Shown: positions 1 to 13,296 of the stretch, piece after piece
How the letters are laid out: each line of letters opens with the position of its first letter
Numbering within the stretch: the stretch's first letter is position 1
NCBI GenBank assembly: GCA_038087875.1
Contig: CM075991.1
Coordinates: 13,828,001-13,892,000 of the forward strand
Length of the DNA stretch: 64,000 bases
DNA from: Malacoraja senta
Lineage: Eukaryota
Direction: 5' to 3'
The notes under the pieces: model-generated
What the model saw: only the letters and a program-made list of their open reading frames with translations
What the model was told of the DNA's origin: nothing
Database searches by the model: none
Program-made: the position numbers and the translations under genes

Positions 1-622
1 CTGGGTGGAGGATGGATGGTTGGCGTGGACTCAGTGGGCCAAAGGGCCTGTTCCTCGTTGTATCTCTAAACTAGGCTAAACTAAACTAAACTAAACTAAA
101 CCAAGGAGAAGGAAGAAGGGTCCCAACCCGAAATGTCACCTCTCCATGTTCTCCTGGATTGCCAACTGACCCACTGAGTTACTCCAGCACTTTGTGTCTT
201 TCCTTGGTAAACAAGCATCTGCAGTTCCTTGTCTCCTCCAGGACTATTGTGCGGATGTTGCTGGGACCCTTTGAGCTATCAGTGAGTTCTATGGTTGGTA
301 CATGTGAACACGACCATGCAGACATGGTGGGCAGGTGTGAGGTGCACTGACCAACATCGAACATCGGAGGCGACCCTGAGCTTCAGGCAAGGACCGGGCG
401 GGTGAAGATGGTCATGGCCACATAGTCTCCTTTATAGCCAAGTCACAAGCTCTCTTGATGGGTCAAAGGCAGAGGTGTTGCTCGCCCCATGGGTGGGGAA
501 GGTGAGAGGCCTTGACATGGTTTTGATGGAAGCCACTGGGATTCAGAACATTTTACACGATGGCCAGATATTTTAAGCACCATTGAATGTGCGGGGATCT
601 GTTCTAAATAAGGAGTAAGGCA

Positions 623-895
623 TTTAGAACGGAGACAAGGAAACACATTTTCTCACAGAGAGTGGCGAGTCTGTGGAATTCTCTGCCTCAGAGGGCGGTG
701 GAGGCCGGTTCTCTGGATGCTTTCAAGAGAGAGCTAGATAGGGCTCTTAATGATAGCGGAGTCAGGGGATATGGGGAGAAGGCAGGAACGGGGTACTGAT
801 TGTGGATGATCAGCCATGATCACATTGAATGGCGGTGCTGGCTCGAAGGGCCAAATGGCCTACTCCTGCACCTATTGTCTATTGTCTATTGTCTA
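623..895 (+). mobile_element. CR1 3' end fragment
   Basis: FSQRV..LWNSLPQ coding remnant, ggctcgaagggccaaatggcctactcctgc 3' motif and (tattgtc)n tail. A near-identical copy lies at ~51911-52172. Confidence 0.85.
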
Positions 896-2409
896 AATGG
901 AGCTGCTGATAAGGACAGTAACATCAATATGTTCAAAATACACCACGAACAAGCTGGAACAACCCATTGTGGTACCATGAGAATAGTGGGACTGAAGTGT
1001 AAAGAAGCGAGATTGACTGTACACTTGTAGAGTGTAATATTGATAATGAAATGAAAAACCACATAAGAACAGTTCAGTTTATTATCACGTGCACTGATGT
1101 ACATTGAAAAGCTTCTTTGTTATGTTCTATCCAGTCAGCGGAAAGACTATACAACATTACAATCCAGCCATTCACAGTGTATAGATACATGGTAAGGCAA
1201 TAACGTTTAGTGCAAGATAAAGTCCGGTAAATTCCCATTAAAGATAGTCTGAGGGTCTCCATTGAGGTAGATGGTAGCTCAATCTTGTTGGTATGTTGAC
1301 TGATACAAACTGCCTGGATGAGGGGATATTACCTACAAGGAAAGGTTGTGCAACTTGGATAGTTTTCTCTACAATGTCCAATGCCAAGGGAAGACCGGAT
1401 AGAATTATGTAAAATTATGAGTAGCGTTGATTTCTCTAACTTCAAGTAATCCTTGCTTTCCCTCTCTCTCCATCCCTCCCCCACCCTAGTTCTCCGACTA
1501 GTTTCACTGTCCTCCTCATTAGATTTTACAGATTTTATGCTTCGTTGTCACCTTCTCCTCAATTAACCATGAACCATTCTACATCTCCTCGATCATCATC
1601 GACTTTGATCTGTCGTTTTCACACCTCGCCCTTCCATATCTCTAGTTGCCTGCTCCCCCTCGAATCTCAGTCTCAACAAGGGTCTCGACCCAAAACGTCA
1701 CCCATTCCTTCTATCCGGAGATGCTGCCTGTCCCGCGGAGTTACTCCAGCATTTTGTGTCTATCTTCGGTGTAACCAGTTCATTCTTACACAGAGGAACG
1801 ATCAGGCCTGATGACTTCCCAACCTCTGTAAAAGGCCAGCAGGGAAACCATCCAGTGACAAGGAGAAGCCACAGACACAACGCCAGTCTGAAACAGACTG
1901 CATGCAAGAGCAGAAAAGTAGGAAGTATTCTGAAAAAAACATAATTAAGAACTATTTTCATTGGGTTTGTGGTATCTGGAACTTGTGATTAGTGTAGTCG
2001 TTAATGAGGTATTGGTCTCTCATGATCAGAGGGTTTACCATTGATACTTAGCATTGTGACATACTGTAATCTTGGTTGCTTGTAAACACAGTAATATTTT
2101 AGTACAAGGCGGTGAGATTTGTCTTACGTGAAGTCCACAGTGGGAACATTCATTGGCTCTACCAGCTTCCACTCACCCACCACAACACTGGTTAGTTTAC
2201 ATATTATGGTGTTATTGTTGACAGCAAAAGAAAAGACATTGTTTTGTGTAGATTGGTCCCTATATTCACAGAGATAGACAGTCTATATGAAGAGTTTCCT
2301 GTGTCACATTCTACATGGCTAACTGATAGGACAATGTATGCAGGGTCATCTTTGCTGCAGTAGGTTAACTACATTTTTTTAAAGGGATAGCAGAGGATAA
2401 GAGTTGAGG

Positions 2410-2860
2410 AACAAGGAACTGCCGATAGGCGCAAAATGCTGGAGTAACTCAGTGGGACAAGCAGCATCGCTGGAGAGATAGGCTGGGTAACGTCTCGGGT
2501 CAAGACCCTTCTTCAGACTAGTCAGGGGAAAGGAAAACGAGAGATATAGATGGTGATATAAAGATGTATAGAATAAGTGAATGAAAGATATGCAAAAAAG
2601 TAACGATGATAAAGGAAACAGGCCATTGCTAGCTGTTTGCTGGGTGAGAACAGGAACCTGGTGCGACTTGGGTGGGGGAGGGGTAGAGAGAGAGAAAATG
2701 CCAGGGTTACATGAAGTTAGAGAAATCAATTTTCTTTACACTGGCTTGTAAGCTGCCCAAGCGAAATATGAGGCGCTGTTCCTCCAATTTGCGATTAGCA
2801 TCATTCTGACAATGGAGGAGGCCGAGGACAGAAAGGTCATTGTGGGAATGGGAAGAGGAT
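2410..2860 (-). mobile_element. Penelope-like element 3' fragment (GIY-YIG C-terminus + pseudo-LTR)
   Basis: ORF 2707-2907 SHSHNDLSVLGLLHCQNDANRKLEEQRLIFRLGSLQ, followed by the agtctgaagaagggtc..gaccc terminal unit. Similar copies at 14366-14670 and ~52175-52770. Confidence 0.75.
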
Positions 2861-3843
2861 TTTATGTTTACAAAAAAGCTGGAGTAACTCAGTGGGTCAG
2901 GCAGCATCTCTGGAGAAAAGGAATAGGTGACTTTTCAGGTCGAAATCCCTCCTCAGACTGAGTGAGTCTGAAGAAGGGTCGCTCAGTCTGAAGAAGGGTC
3001 TTGGCCCGAAACGCAATCTGTTCCTTTTTTCCTGAGATGCTGCCTTGTCCCACTGAGTGACCCCGGCTTTTGTGTCTCTCTTCGGTTTAAACCTGCAACC
3101 GCAGTTCCTTCGTGCACAGTGTGTAGGTTTGTTATCATCACGTGTTACGAGATACAGTGAAAAGGTTTGGCTTGCATGGTATCCAAACAAATCAGACACA
3201 TTACACATCAATTTAATCAGGTCAAGCTCAGGTACAATAGGTGGAGAAATGTGAAGATACAGAGTGCAGAATATAGTTCTCAGCATTGTAGCGCACTGGT
3301 CCCAGAGACAAAGTCCAATGTCTGCAATAGGGTAGAGGTGAATCGGACAGTACCTTAGCTTATGGAAGCCTGATAACAGAGGGGAAGAAGCTGCTCCTGA
3401 GTCTGGTGGTGCGCACTTTCAAGCTCCTGTACCGTCTGCCGGACGGGAGCAGGGAGAAGAAGGGATGACCGGGGCTGGGCAAGTGTTTGTGGGCCCTGTC
3501 ATTGCTTCCTGCCTTCAATGCAAAGTGAAAGGGATATGTCCGAGATTAGCTCTTCTCCGGAGAGACTGCATCTTGCGTGTGAGCCTGGAACTCAGTGTGG
3601 AAATGTTTTCCCGATCGTGTGCAAGAATAGAAGGTTAAAAAGCCAGTATCTGTAAGGGTGGCCAAGAACCTAAAGGCTTCACTGGTTCACACATGTTCTT
3701 TAGGTATTTGCCAAAGCTATGCTGTTTCACTAACATGTAACTCCCAACTCTGACATGACCTAACCAGCTGGTTAAGACCATAGAAACTAGTTTAGTTTAT
3801 TGTCACGTGCACCAAGGTACAGTGAACAGCTTTTGTTGCTAAA

Positions 3844-4171
3844 ACCCCTGTCCCACGGTACGAGTTCATTCCAAGAGTTCTCCCGAGTTTGCCCTGATTC
3901 GAACTCGGAGATTTACGGTAATGGCCACTCGTCGGTACTCGGGGCTCTCGTGGACATTTTTCATCATGTTGAAAAATCTTCACCAGTCTTCCTGTGCTTA
4001 CCTGCCGTGAGGGTGTCTTCCCGAGTACCTGCCGTTAGCATTACGAGCCGCTAAGAGACGTCCCCGAGCTCCGACGTACCTGCTACGTTCATTCTCCGTG
4101 CTTACCACGAATTTGATTTTTTTAAAACTCGGGAGAGCTCTTGGAATTAACTCGTACCGTGGGACAGGGCT
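3844..4171. mobile_element. PIF/Harbinger-type MITE, second subfamily
   Basis: TIR CCCTGTCCCACGGTACGAG...CTCGTACCGTGGGACAGGG; splits a Rex1-type tail. Confidence 0.78.
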
Positions 4172-5121
4172 ATCACCAGTCAACGGAAAGACAAGACATG
4201 ATTACAATCACACCATTCACAGTATACAGATACTTGATAAGGGAATAATATTTAGTGCAAGGTAAAGCAGTAAAGTCCGATCGAAGATAGTCCGAGGGTT
4301 ACCGATGAGGTAGATAGTAGTTCAGGACCACTCTCTGGTTGTTGGTAGGACGGTTCAGTTGCCTGATAACAGCTGGGAAGAAACTGCCCTGAATCTGGAG
4401 GTGTGCGTTTTCACACTGCAATGCAAGCTTGTGAATGATTTAACATCGCGGGAATGAATGAAAAGCACATGCTAGAGAATACGGATGACGGAAGAGTGAC
4501 GAATTGTGCGGGCAGTGCACTGGATGTATGGAGAAGATACGTAGCGTGAACCTGGACAGATATACATGGATAGGAAGGGTTTCAGGGATATGAGCGCAAA
4601 TGCAGTCAAATGGGACCAGCCCAGAATGCCAACTCAAACAGCATGGACAAGTTGGGCCAAAGGGCCTGTTTCCCACCTGTGTATCTCAATAGCTCCAAAC
4701 CTGATATCTGTAACCTTATATATTATGATAGCCCGTGAAACCTTATCCTCACTAACAATGTGTTTCTTCTGGCAGTGTGACAGAAGTGACATCATTCGAG
4801 ACTTTGGACAGGAAGTGTTTGTGGTCACAAGGTTATTGATGTAGTGTTTATCAAACATTGCTAAATAGATCCTCATCTTTTCCTGCGTGAAATAGATTGC
4901 ACCAAAATACCTCACTAATGAGCTTCTTCTAAGGTCAAGACTAAACGGGTGCATTTTGCCCAGAGTTTAGTTTAGTTTAGTTTAGAGATACAGCATGGAA
5001 ACAGGCCCTTCGGCCACCGAGCCTGCAATCCCCGTATACTAGCACTATCCTACACACACTAGGGACAATTTATAATTTAACAGAAGCCAATTAACCAACA
5101 AACCTGTAGATCTTTGGACCA

Positions 5122-5555
5122 GACATAGACAATAGGTGCAGGAGTAGGCCATTCGGCCCTTCGAGCCAGCACCGCCATTCAATATGATCATGGCTGATCA
5201 TCCAAAATCAGTACCGTTCCTGCTTTCTCCCCATATCCCTTGATTCCTTTAGCCATAAGAGCTAAATCTAACTCTCTCTTGAAAACATCCAGTGAATTGG
5301 CCTCCACTGCCTTCTGTGGCAGAGAATTCCACAGATTCACAACTCTCTGGGTGAAAAGGTTTTTCCTCATCTCAGTCCTAAATGGCCTGCCCCTTATTCT
5401 TAAACTGTGTGACCCCTGGTTCTGGACTCCCCCAACATCAGGACAAAAATTCCTGCATCTAGCCTGTCCAATCCTGTAAGAATTTTATATGTCTCTATAA
5501 GATATCCTCTCATCCTTCTAAATTCCAGTGAATATAAGCCCAGTCAACCCATTCT
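5122..5555 (-). mobile_element. CR1 3' fragment nested inside a SINE (SINE halves at ~4970-5120 and ~5570-5715)
   Basis: ORF 5188-5370 RKNLFTQRVVNLWNSLPQ; the SINE body resumes after it. Confidence 0.85.
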
Positions 5556-6654
5556 CGAAACTAAACTATGGAATGTGGGAGGAAACCAGAGTGCCCGTAG
5601 AAAACCCACGTGGGTCACAGGGAAAATGTTCAAATTCCCTACAGACAGCACCCTTGGTCAGGATCGAACCCAGGTCTCTGGCGCTGTGAGGCAGCAACTC
5701 TACCGCTGTACCACCCCTAAATATAATGCCACGACAGGGCCAGCAGCATAATTATCCCGGACAATCCCCCTTCTCCCTTCTCCCATCAGGCAAGAGGTAC
5801 AGAAGTGTGAAAACGCACACCTTCAGATTCAGGGACAGTTTCTTCCCAGTTGTTAGCAGGCAAATGAACCATCCTACCACCAACCAGAGAGCAGTGCTGA
5901 GCTACCATCTACCTCATTGGAGACCCTGTGACTATCTCTAATTGGACTTTATGGGACTTTATCTTGCACTAAACGTTATACCCTTTACCTTGTTTCTGTG
6001 CACTGTGGACGGCTCGATTGTAATCATGTATTGTCTTTCTGCACACACGACCAATAAGCCTTTGCACTGTACCTCGGTACCCATGACAATAAACTAAACT
6101 AAACTAAATTAAACCTGGAGGGGCTGCATCTGGAAGTACGTGGTCTCTGATCAGCAACTTTGTGTTCCCATATGAAATGGTAGCAACCAGAAGGCCATTC
6201 AGCCCCTTGGACAGACTTCATCATTTAGTGTAATGGGCAACTCTGTACCTCGTCCACTCTCCAGAACCATCAACGTTTCCGAGATTCCCACTGGGAATAA
6301 ACACCTTGCAAATTTAGCCCAGGATGCATTGCAAAAGAGAATTCCAAACCTGTATAACCCTTGGTGAAAGGAAATTCTCATCATCCTAAGACCGGAGTTT
6401 ACTTTTGTGGAAATTTTAATGACACAGAAGGAGGCCTTTCAGCCCATCGACAAGAGCACCCCTTACCTAACCTAACCCCATCAGCACTGTAACCCAACAG
6501 GTCACAGAGTCATGTGCAGGAAGGAACTGCAGATGCTGGTTTAAACCAGAGATAGACACAACATGCTGGAGTAACTCAGCGAGACGGGCAGCACCAGCGG
6601 AGGGAAGGAATGGGTGACGTTTTGGGCCGAGGGGTCTCGACCCGAAACGTCAGT

Positions 6655-6682
6655 CTGAAGAAGGGTCTCGACCCGAAACGTC
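6655..6682 (+). ncRNA. Minimal type I hammerhead ribozyme core in a Penelope pseudo-LTR (representative copy)
   Basis: CTGAAGA-A-GGGTC-TC-GACCC-GAAA-CGTC gives the CUGANGA box, stem II, GAAA box and GUC triplet. Other cores with both boxes intact: 12346-12373(+), 14430-14457(-), 38583-38610(+), 41425-41452(+), 54597-54624(-). Confidence 0.7.
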
Positions 6683-9065
6683 ACCCATTCCTTCTCTCCA
6701 GAGATGCTGCCTGACCCACTGAGTTACTCCAGCATTTTGTGTCTATCTCTGGTTTAAACCAGCATCTGCAGTTTCTTATTGACTTTATTCTCTGGTTCTT
6801 GATTCCCCTACTCTGGGCAAAATACTCTTGTGTATTCAACCTATCTAATCCCCTCATGATCTTATAGAGTTCCAGTAGATCAGCCCTCATCCTCCTGTGC
6901 TCCAAGGAATAAAGTCCCAATTTAATCTACCAGAGTCATCCAGTGTGGAAACATCAAAGTTTAGTTTAGTTTTAGTTTATAGATACAGCGCGGAAACAGG
7001 TCCTTCGGTCCATTGAGTCCGCACCGACCAGCGATCCCCGCACACTAACACCATCCTGCACACACGAGGGACAATTTACACTTACACCAAGCCCATTAAC
7101 CCACAAACCTGTACGTCTTGGGATTGTGGGAGGAGATCGAAGATCTCAGAGAAAACCCACGTGGTCACGGGGAGAACGTACAAACTCCATACAGACAGCA
7201 CCCGTAGTTGGGATCGAACCTAGGTCTCTGGCGCTGCAAGCGATGTAAAGGGGCAGAAGGACGCTATGACTCTTTGGGTGACTAGGAGACCTCTCACGAC
7301 CATGCAGGCGACATCCTGGCGACATGCCCCCTGGTGAGACCCGCGACATGTCGCCAGGGATCGGCTGTATGGTCGTGAGATGTCACCTAGTCACCCAAAG
7401 AGTCGTAGCGTCTTTCTGGTCGCCGCTGAATTTTCAACATGTTGAACATTTTCGGCGGCCTATGACGGGTGCCGGCAGTCGCCGAAAAGGTCACGTAAGT
7501 GGGACAGGCCCTTTAGGCAGCAACCGTGCTGTCTTGTATTGCCTGTGTTCTACCCACCCATCCCCTGCCTTCTCTGCAAATGAAACCAACTTGCTTTCTC
7601 GCTTAGGGACAAGGAACTGCATACGCTGGTTTGCAGCAAAAGGCACAAAGACTGCGAATGCTTTTGCCATGTGGTTGCAATGGATCTATCGCCAATAGAC
7701 GTTTGTAAAATTCAGACATCCATCAAGTCAGTGTATCCGTTCAGACACGATGGATTAAGTTTCATCTGCACAAAAGATGTTTGAGAAATGACACGCAATT
7801 GCCGTGTGACAGGTTTTTCTAGTCCCATGTGAGAACGTCGTGGTTAAGGACTTTGATAAGAATGGGGCATATGTTGAATATAATGGTGCATTCAATTCAG
7901 CTCAGAGGGAAGGCCATTCAGCCCTACACACCACTGATAGACACAAAATGAACAGAAAATGCCAGAGTAACTCAGCGGGACAGGTAACATCTCTGGAGAG
8001 AAGGAATGGGTGACGTTTTGGGTCGAGACCCTTCTTGGGTCTGGCTGGCATGGATCCAAAGAGGGTTATGTACATTGTAATGGCAATGCAAATCTTCTCT
8101 GAAGGGCTGCTAAGAAGGTATTTTGGCTGTTGGCAACTGATCCAAGCTGGTAGATATGTCCACCTACTTGCTCCTACTGCACAGTGATCAGGCCAACACT
8201 CCAACAAACCCACTCTTAATGGTGAATATTTCTATCTAATTCCCTCTTCATCTTCTCCAGCGAAACTATATTCAATTTTTCATCCAAACAACACCACATT
8301 ATCTTATGGAAAACAAAACTGCTGGAAGAACTCAGCATGTCAGGCAGTAGCTATGGAGAGTGAATGGATAATGCATGTGTTAGAGGTGCTGCCTCACAGC
8401 ACCACGGGCAGCACAGTGGTGCAGCGGTAGAGTTGTGCCAGGGACCCGGGTTGAATCCTGTCTGTACTCAGTTTGTACCTTCTCCTCCTTGACCCGCGTG
8501 GGTTTTCTCCGAGATCTTCGGTTCCCTCCAACACGCCAAAGACGTAGAGGTTTGTAGGTTAATTGTCCCGAGTGTGTGTAGGACGGTGTTAATGTGCGGA
8601 GATCGCTGGTCAGTGCAGACTCGGTGGGCCGAAGGGCCTGCTTCCACACTGTATCTCTAAACTAAACTAAACTTAACTAAACTAAACGTAACTAAACGAG
8701 ACCAGGGTTCGATCCTGACCTTGGATACTGTCTGTGTGGAGTTTCTACATTCATCCTGTGACCATGTGGGTTTCCTTTGTGTGTTCTGGTTTCCAACCAA
8801 ATCCCAAAGAGGATTGGTGGAGATCTCAGGGAGGGGGGGGGGGAGTGGGGGGGGTGTACATTAATCAGCCTCTATAAATCGAATTATAGGGAGTGGATGG
8901 GGAAAGTGGAATAACATAGAACTAGGTGATCGAGGGTCTGTGTGGACTCAAGAGGGTCTGTGTGGACCTGTATCTTTCAAGCAATTCAATACAACATTTC
9001 AGGTTGGGCCATCTCTTCAGACTGAAGAAGAGTCCCTGCGCAAAACATCATCTGTCCATTTCCCT

Positions 9066-9600
9066 TCCAGTTCAGTTTAGTTATTGTCACATGTACCGAG
9101 GTACAGTGAAAAAGCTTTTGGTGCGTGCTAACCAGTCAGCGGAAAGACAATACATGATTACAATCGATCGAGCTACTGTGTATAGATACATGATAAGGGA
9201 ATAACGTTTAGTGCAAGGTAACGCCATCAAAGCCTGATCAAGGATAATCCGAGGGTCATCAAAGAGGTAGATAGTAGTTCAGGACTGCTCTCTGGTTGTG
9301 GTGAGATGGTTCAGTTGCATGAAAACAGCTGGGAAGAAACTGTCCAGGAATCTGGAGATGTGCGTTTTCACACTTCTGTACCTTTTGCCCGATGGGAGAG
9401 GGGAGAAGAGGGAGTGGCCAGGGTGCGACTCGTCCTTGATTATGCTGCTGGCCTTGCCGAGGCAACGTGAGGTATAAATGGAGTCAATTGAAGTGGAGGT
9501 TGGTTTGTGTGACGGTCTGGGCTGTGTCCACAATTCACTGCGATTTCTTGTGGTCTTGGATGGAGCTGTTCCCAAACCGTGCTGTGATGCATCCTGATAA
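9066..9600 (-). mobile_element. Rex1-like LINE 3' fragment (representative of many copies)
   Basis: Encodes SIYTSRCLGKASSIIKDESHPGHSLFSPLPSGKRYRS; tail tgacaataactaaactg. Related copies at ~1070-1290, 3125-3480, 5730-6110, 10430-10820, 20326-20735, 21860-22105, 30600-31040, 48580-49220 and 50590-51070. Confidence 0.8.
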
Positions 9601-12600
9601 AATCCATTCCTCCTTGCATCTGAAGAGGTTGGTGAGCGTTGGTGTGTTTTCTGCTGTGATTTCTGATGTGCTGTTCCCATTGAGTTCCTCCAGCAGTCTG
9701 TTTTTATACTCAAGATTCCAGCACCTCTTGGGCTCCCTGTCTTCTCAATACTGTCCTGGCAGATATACGTTGGTCCTTTTCATACATTCCGTGGCACGTT
9801 AGCCAGGGTGGTGAATCTGTGGAATTCTTGGCCACAGAAGGCTGTGGAGGCCAAGTCAGTGAATATATTTAAGGCGGAGATAGATAGATTCTTGATTGGT
9901 ACGGGTGTCAGGGGTTATGGGGAGAAGGCAGGAGAATGAGATAGATCAGCCACGATTGAATGGTGGAGTAAACTTGATGGGCCGAATGGCCTAATTCTAC
10001 TCCTATCTCTTATGATCTTAGCAAAAACCACAACCTTTGCTGCTCGTGGCACTCATAGTCTGGTACAGATTAATCAACAGTAGTTTCCTTTGTGTTCAAT
10101 CCTAAAGATGGAAACAAAGTCATGTATCTATTCAACGTTTCCATGACTGAATGATAATTCAAAGTGATACACAGTCAATGAGCCACACTTGCTGGTGAAA
10201 TGTAGGACATGTCGGACTTGCCCATAAATAGCGGCATTTCAACTTGAAAATAAGAAAACTCTGGTATAAAATATGGGAAACACTCAGCGGGTCAGGCAGC
10301 ATCTGTGGAGGGAGAAACAGATTAGGCTCCGGTTTAGGTTCATTGTTACATGTACCGAGGCACAGCAGAAAGCTTTTTGTTTGAATGGTGTCCACTCGAA
10401 TCAGATAATGACAGAAGTAGATTAAAGCAAGGCGGCAGCCAGCATAATCAGTCTTTCCTTCCTCTCCCTTCTCCCGTCCGGCAGAAGATACAGGAGCTTG
10501 AAAGCGCGCACCACCACACTCAGGAACAGCTTCTTCCCCTCTGTTACTCCAACATCTGAACGGTGGTCCTTCCATAAGCGAGGGTACTGTCCGATTCATC
10601 TCTACCCCATTGCGGACATTGGACTTTGTCTCTGGGACTAGTGCGCTACAATGCTGAGAACTATATTCTGCACTCTGTATCTTCCCCTTTGCTCTACCTG
10701 TTGTAATTGAGTTTGGTTTGATGTCATTTATGTACAGTGTTATCTGAATTGATTGGATACCACCCAAAACAAAGCTTTTCACTGTACCTTAATACACATG
10801 ACAATATTAAACCTAAACCGACCAAATATGGTGTGGTATAGTACTTTATTTGTTACGTGTGCCGAGGTGCAGTGACGTTTATTTTTGTACACAGTTCAGT
10901 ACAAGTATCACTGTACATAAACACTCAGATACATCTTGGGTAAGCATCTCATATACAGAACAAGTGTACAGCAGTCGTACACTGAGAGGGTGTACAGAGT
11001 CGCTACATTGGGGCCATTTTCAAGTCCCAATCGTTGTAAGTACGGGGATCTTGACCTGACCATGAAGGCCCGTTGCCATGGCGACGTTGCAGGGCTGGCC
11101 TGGCCAAGCGTAGCCGTGGTGTCCTCCGCCGCTGCTCCACCGCTGTAGCCCGCGTCCGGTCAACGCGCTCGGCCGCTTGGAGCGGCAACAGGTAAAGCGA
11201 CCAGAGAGATACCAGCGTGCAAAATCTAGTTCTTAGCACCGCAGCATAACAGCGCCAGAGACATGAGGCACAAGGGACTGCAGATGCTGGAATCCTGAGC
11301 AAAAACGCAAACTGCTGGAGGAAACCAGGGGGACAGGCATCAGCTGTGGAGGGAATGGACAGACCATGTTTCAGATCAATAGACAATAGGCAATAGGTAC
11401 AGGAGTAGGCCATTCGGCCCTTCGAGCCAGCACTGCCATTCACTGTGATCATGGCTGATCATCCTGCCTTCTCCCTATATCCCCTGACTCCGCTATCTTT
11501 AAGAGCTCTATCTAACTCTCACTTGAAAGCACCAGAGAATTGGCCTCCACTGCCTTCTAAGATCTGAAGAAAGATCCCAATGCAAAACATTGTCTGCCAT
11601 TTCCCTCCACAGATTCTGGCCTGACAAGCTGAGTTTAATTTGGAGACACAGAATGGAAACAGGCCCTTCAGCCCACTGAGTTCAGGCCGACCATCGATCA
11701 CCCATTCACACTAATTCTATGTTATTCCATCTGCTGACCCACTCCCTACACACTAGGGGCAATTTACAGAAGCCAATTAAGCTACAAACCTGAGAATTGG
11801 GAGGAAACTGGAGCATCTGGAGAAAACCCACGCAGTCACAAGGAGAACGTGCAAACTCCACACAGGCAGTGCCCAAGTTTAGGATCGAACCTGGGTCTCT
11901 GTCGCTGTGAGGCAGCAGCTCTACCCGCTGCGTCACTGTGCCGTCCTGTTCTTCCAAGAAGGTCTGAAGAAGGGTCTCGACCCAAAACGCCACCCATTCT
12001 TTCGCTCCATAGATGCTGCCTCACCCGCTGAGTTTCTCCAGCATTTCTGTCTGCTTTCATATTCTGCTTGGGCAGCTGACATCCCAGCGATATGAACATT
12101 GAATTCTCTAATTTTAGGTAGCTTTTACATACACACCCCTCCCTCCCCCCTTCCTCCACCAAAAGTCGAATAACCGGTTCCACAGATCCTAAACAATATA
12201 ACCCTCTTGGGATCACTCCGTCTCCAGACAACAATCAGCCTATCAGGGATCCTCCCAACCTGAGGGCATCTGTTGGCAGCCCTGATTTATGCTGGTTGTT
12301 TTCTTGCTCCCCCCCCCCCTCCTCCCACACCCCACTACAATCAGTCTGAGGAAGGGTCCCAACCCGAAACGTCACCTGTCCATGTTCTCCAAAGATGCCG
12401 CCTGATCCGCTGAGTTACTCCGCCACTTTGTGTCTATCTTCTGGCAGTTTGTACTTTGCTAATGTTTTAAGTCGATGACTTCACAAGAACTGTTGAAGAT
12501 TTCTGATCAGAGGTCACTGTTCTGAAATATTAACTGGGAACAATGTAGGCGTGCATTGGAGGTATTGAGTCACACAGTGTGGAAACTGGCCCTTTGGCCC

Positions 12601-13296
12601 AACATGCTCACACCGGCCAACATGCCCCATCTACACTAGTTCCACCTGCCTGCGTTTGGCCCATTTCCCTCCAAACCTGTCCTATCTGTGTACCTGTCTA
12701 ACGTTTCTCAAAAGTTGGGATAGCTCCTGCCTCAACTACCTCCTCTGGCACCTTGTTCCATACACCCCCTCAGATTCCTATTACATCTTTTCCCCTCCAC
12801 CTTGAACCTACTGTATGTCCTCTGGCCCTCGATTCCCCTACTCTGGGCAAGAGACTCTGTGCGTCTACCCAATCTATTCCTCTCATGAGTGAGAGAGAAG
12901 AGCTTATTCATTCATGGCAATAAATCTGGCCAAAGGCGATTGTGGATTAGCATAGAACAAAGGACAGTACAGCACTCAAACAGGCCCCATCAGCCCACAA
13001 TATCTGTGTTCAACATAATGACAAGACCAACTCTTACCTCCCGCACATAATCTAAACCCCTCCAATCCCTGCATATCCATGTATCAATCCAAAGGTCTCT
13101 TGGACGTCATTGTCGTATCCGTATCCCCCCTGGCAGCACGTTCCAAGCACCCACCACCCTCTGTGTAAAAAAATACTTGCTCCCACATCTCCTTAAAACT
13201 TTGCCCCTCCTGCCCTGAAGCTATGCCTTCCAGTCTTTGATATTTCCATCCTGGGATAAAGGCTGTGACTGTCTACCCTATCTATGCCTCTCGTAT

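Noticed and set aside
1824..1929. Possible minus-strand exon (ttttttcag|AATACT...GAG|gttggg)
   Set aside because: Good acceptor but weak donor and no recognisable protein in the frames I read; could be non-coding, but unsupported.
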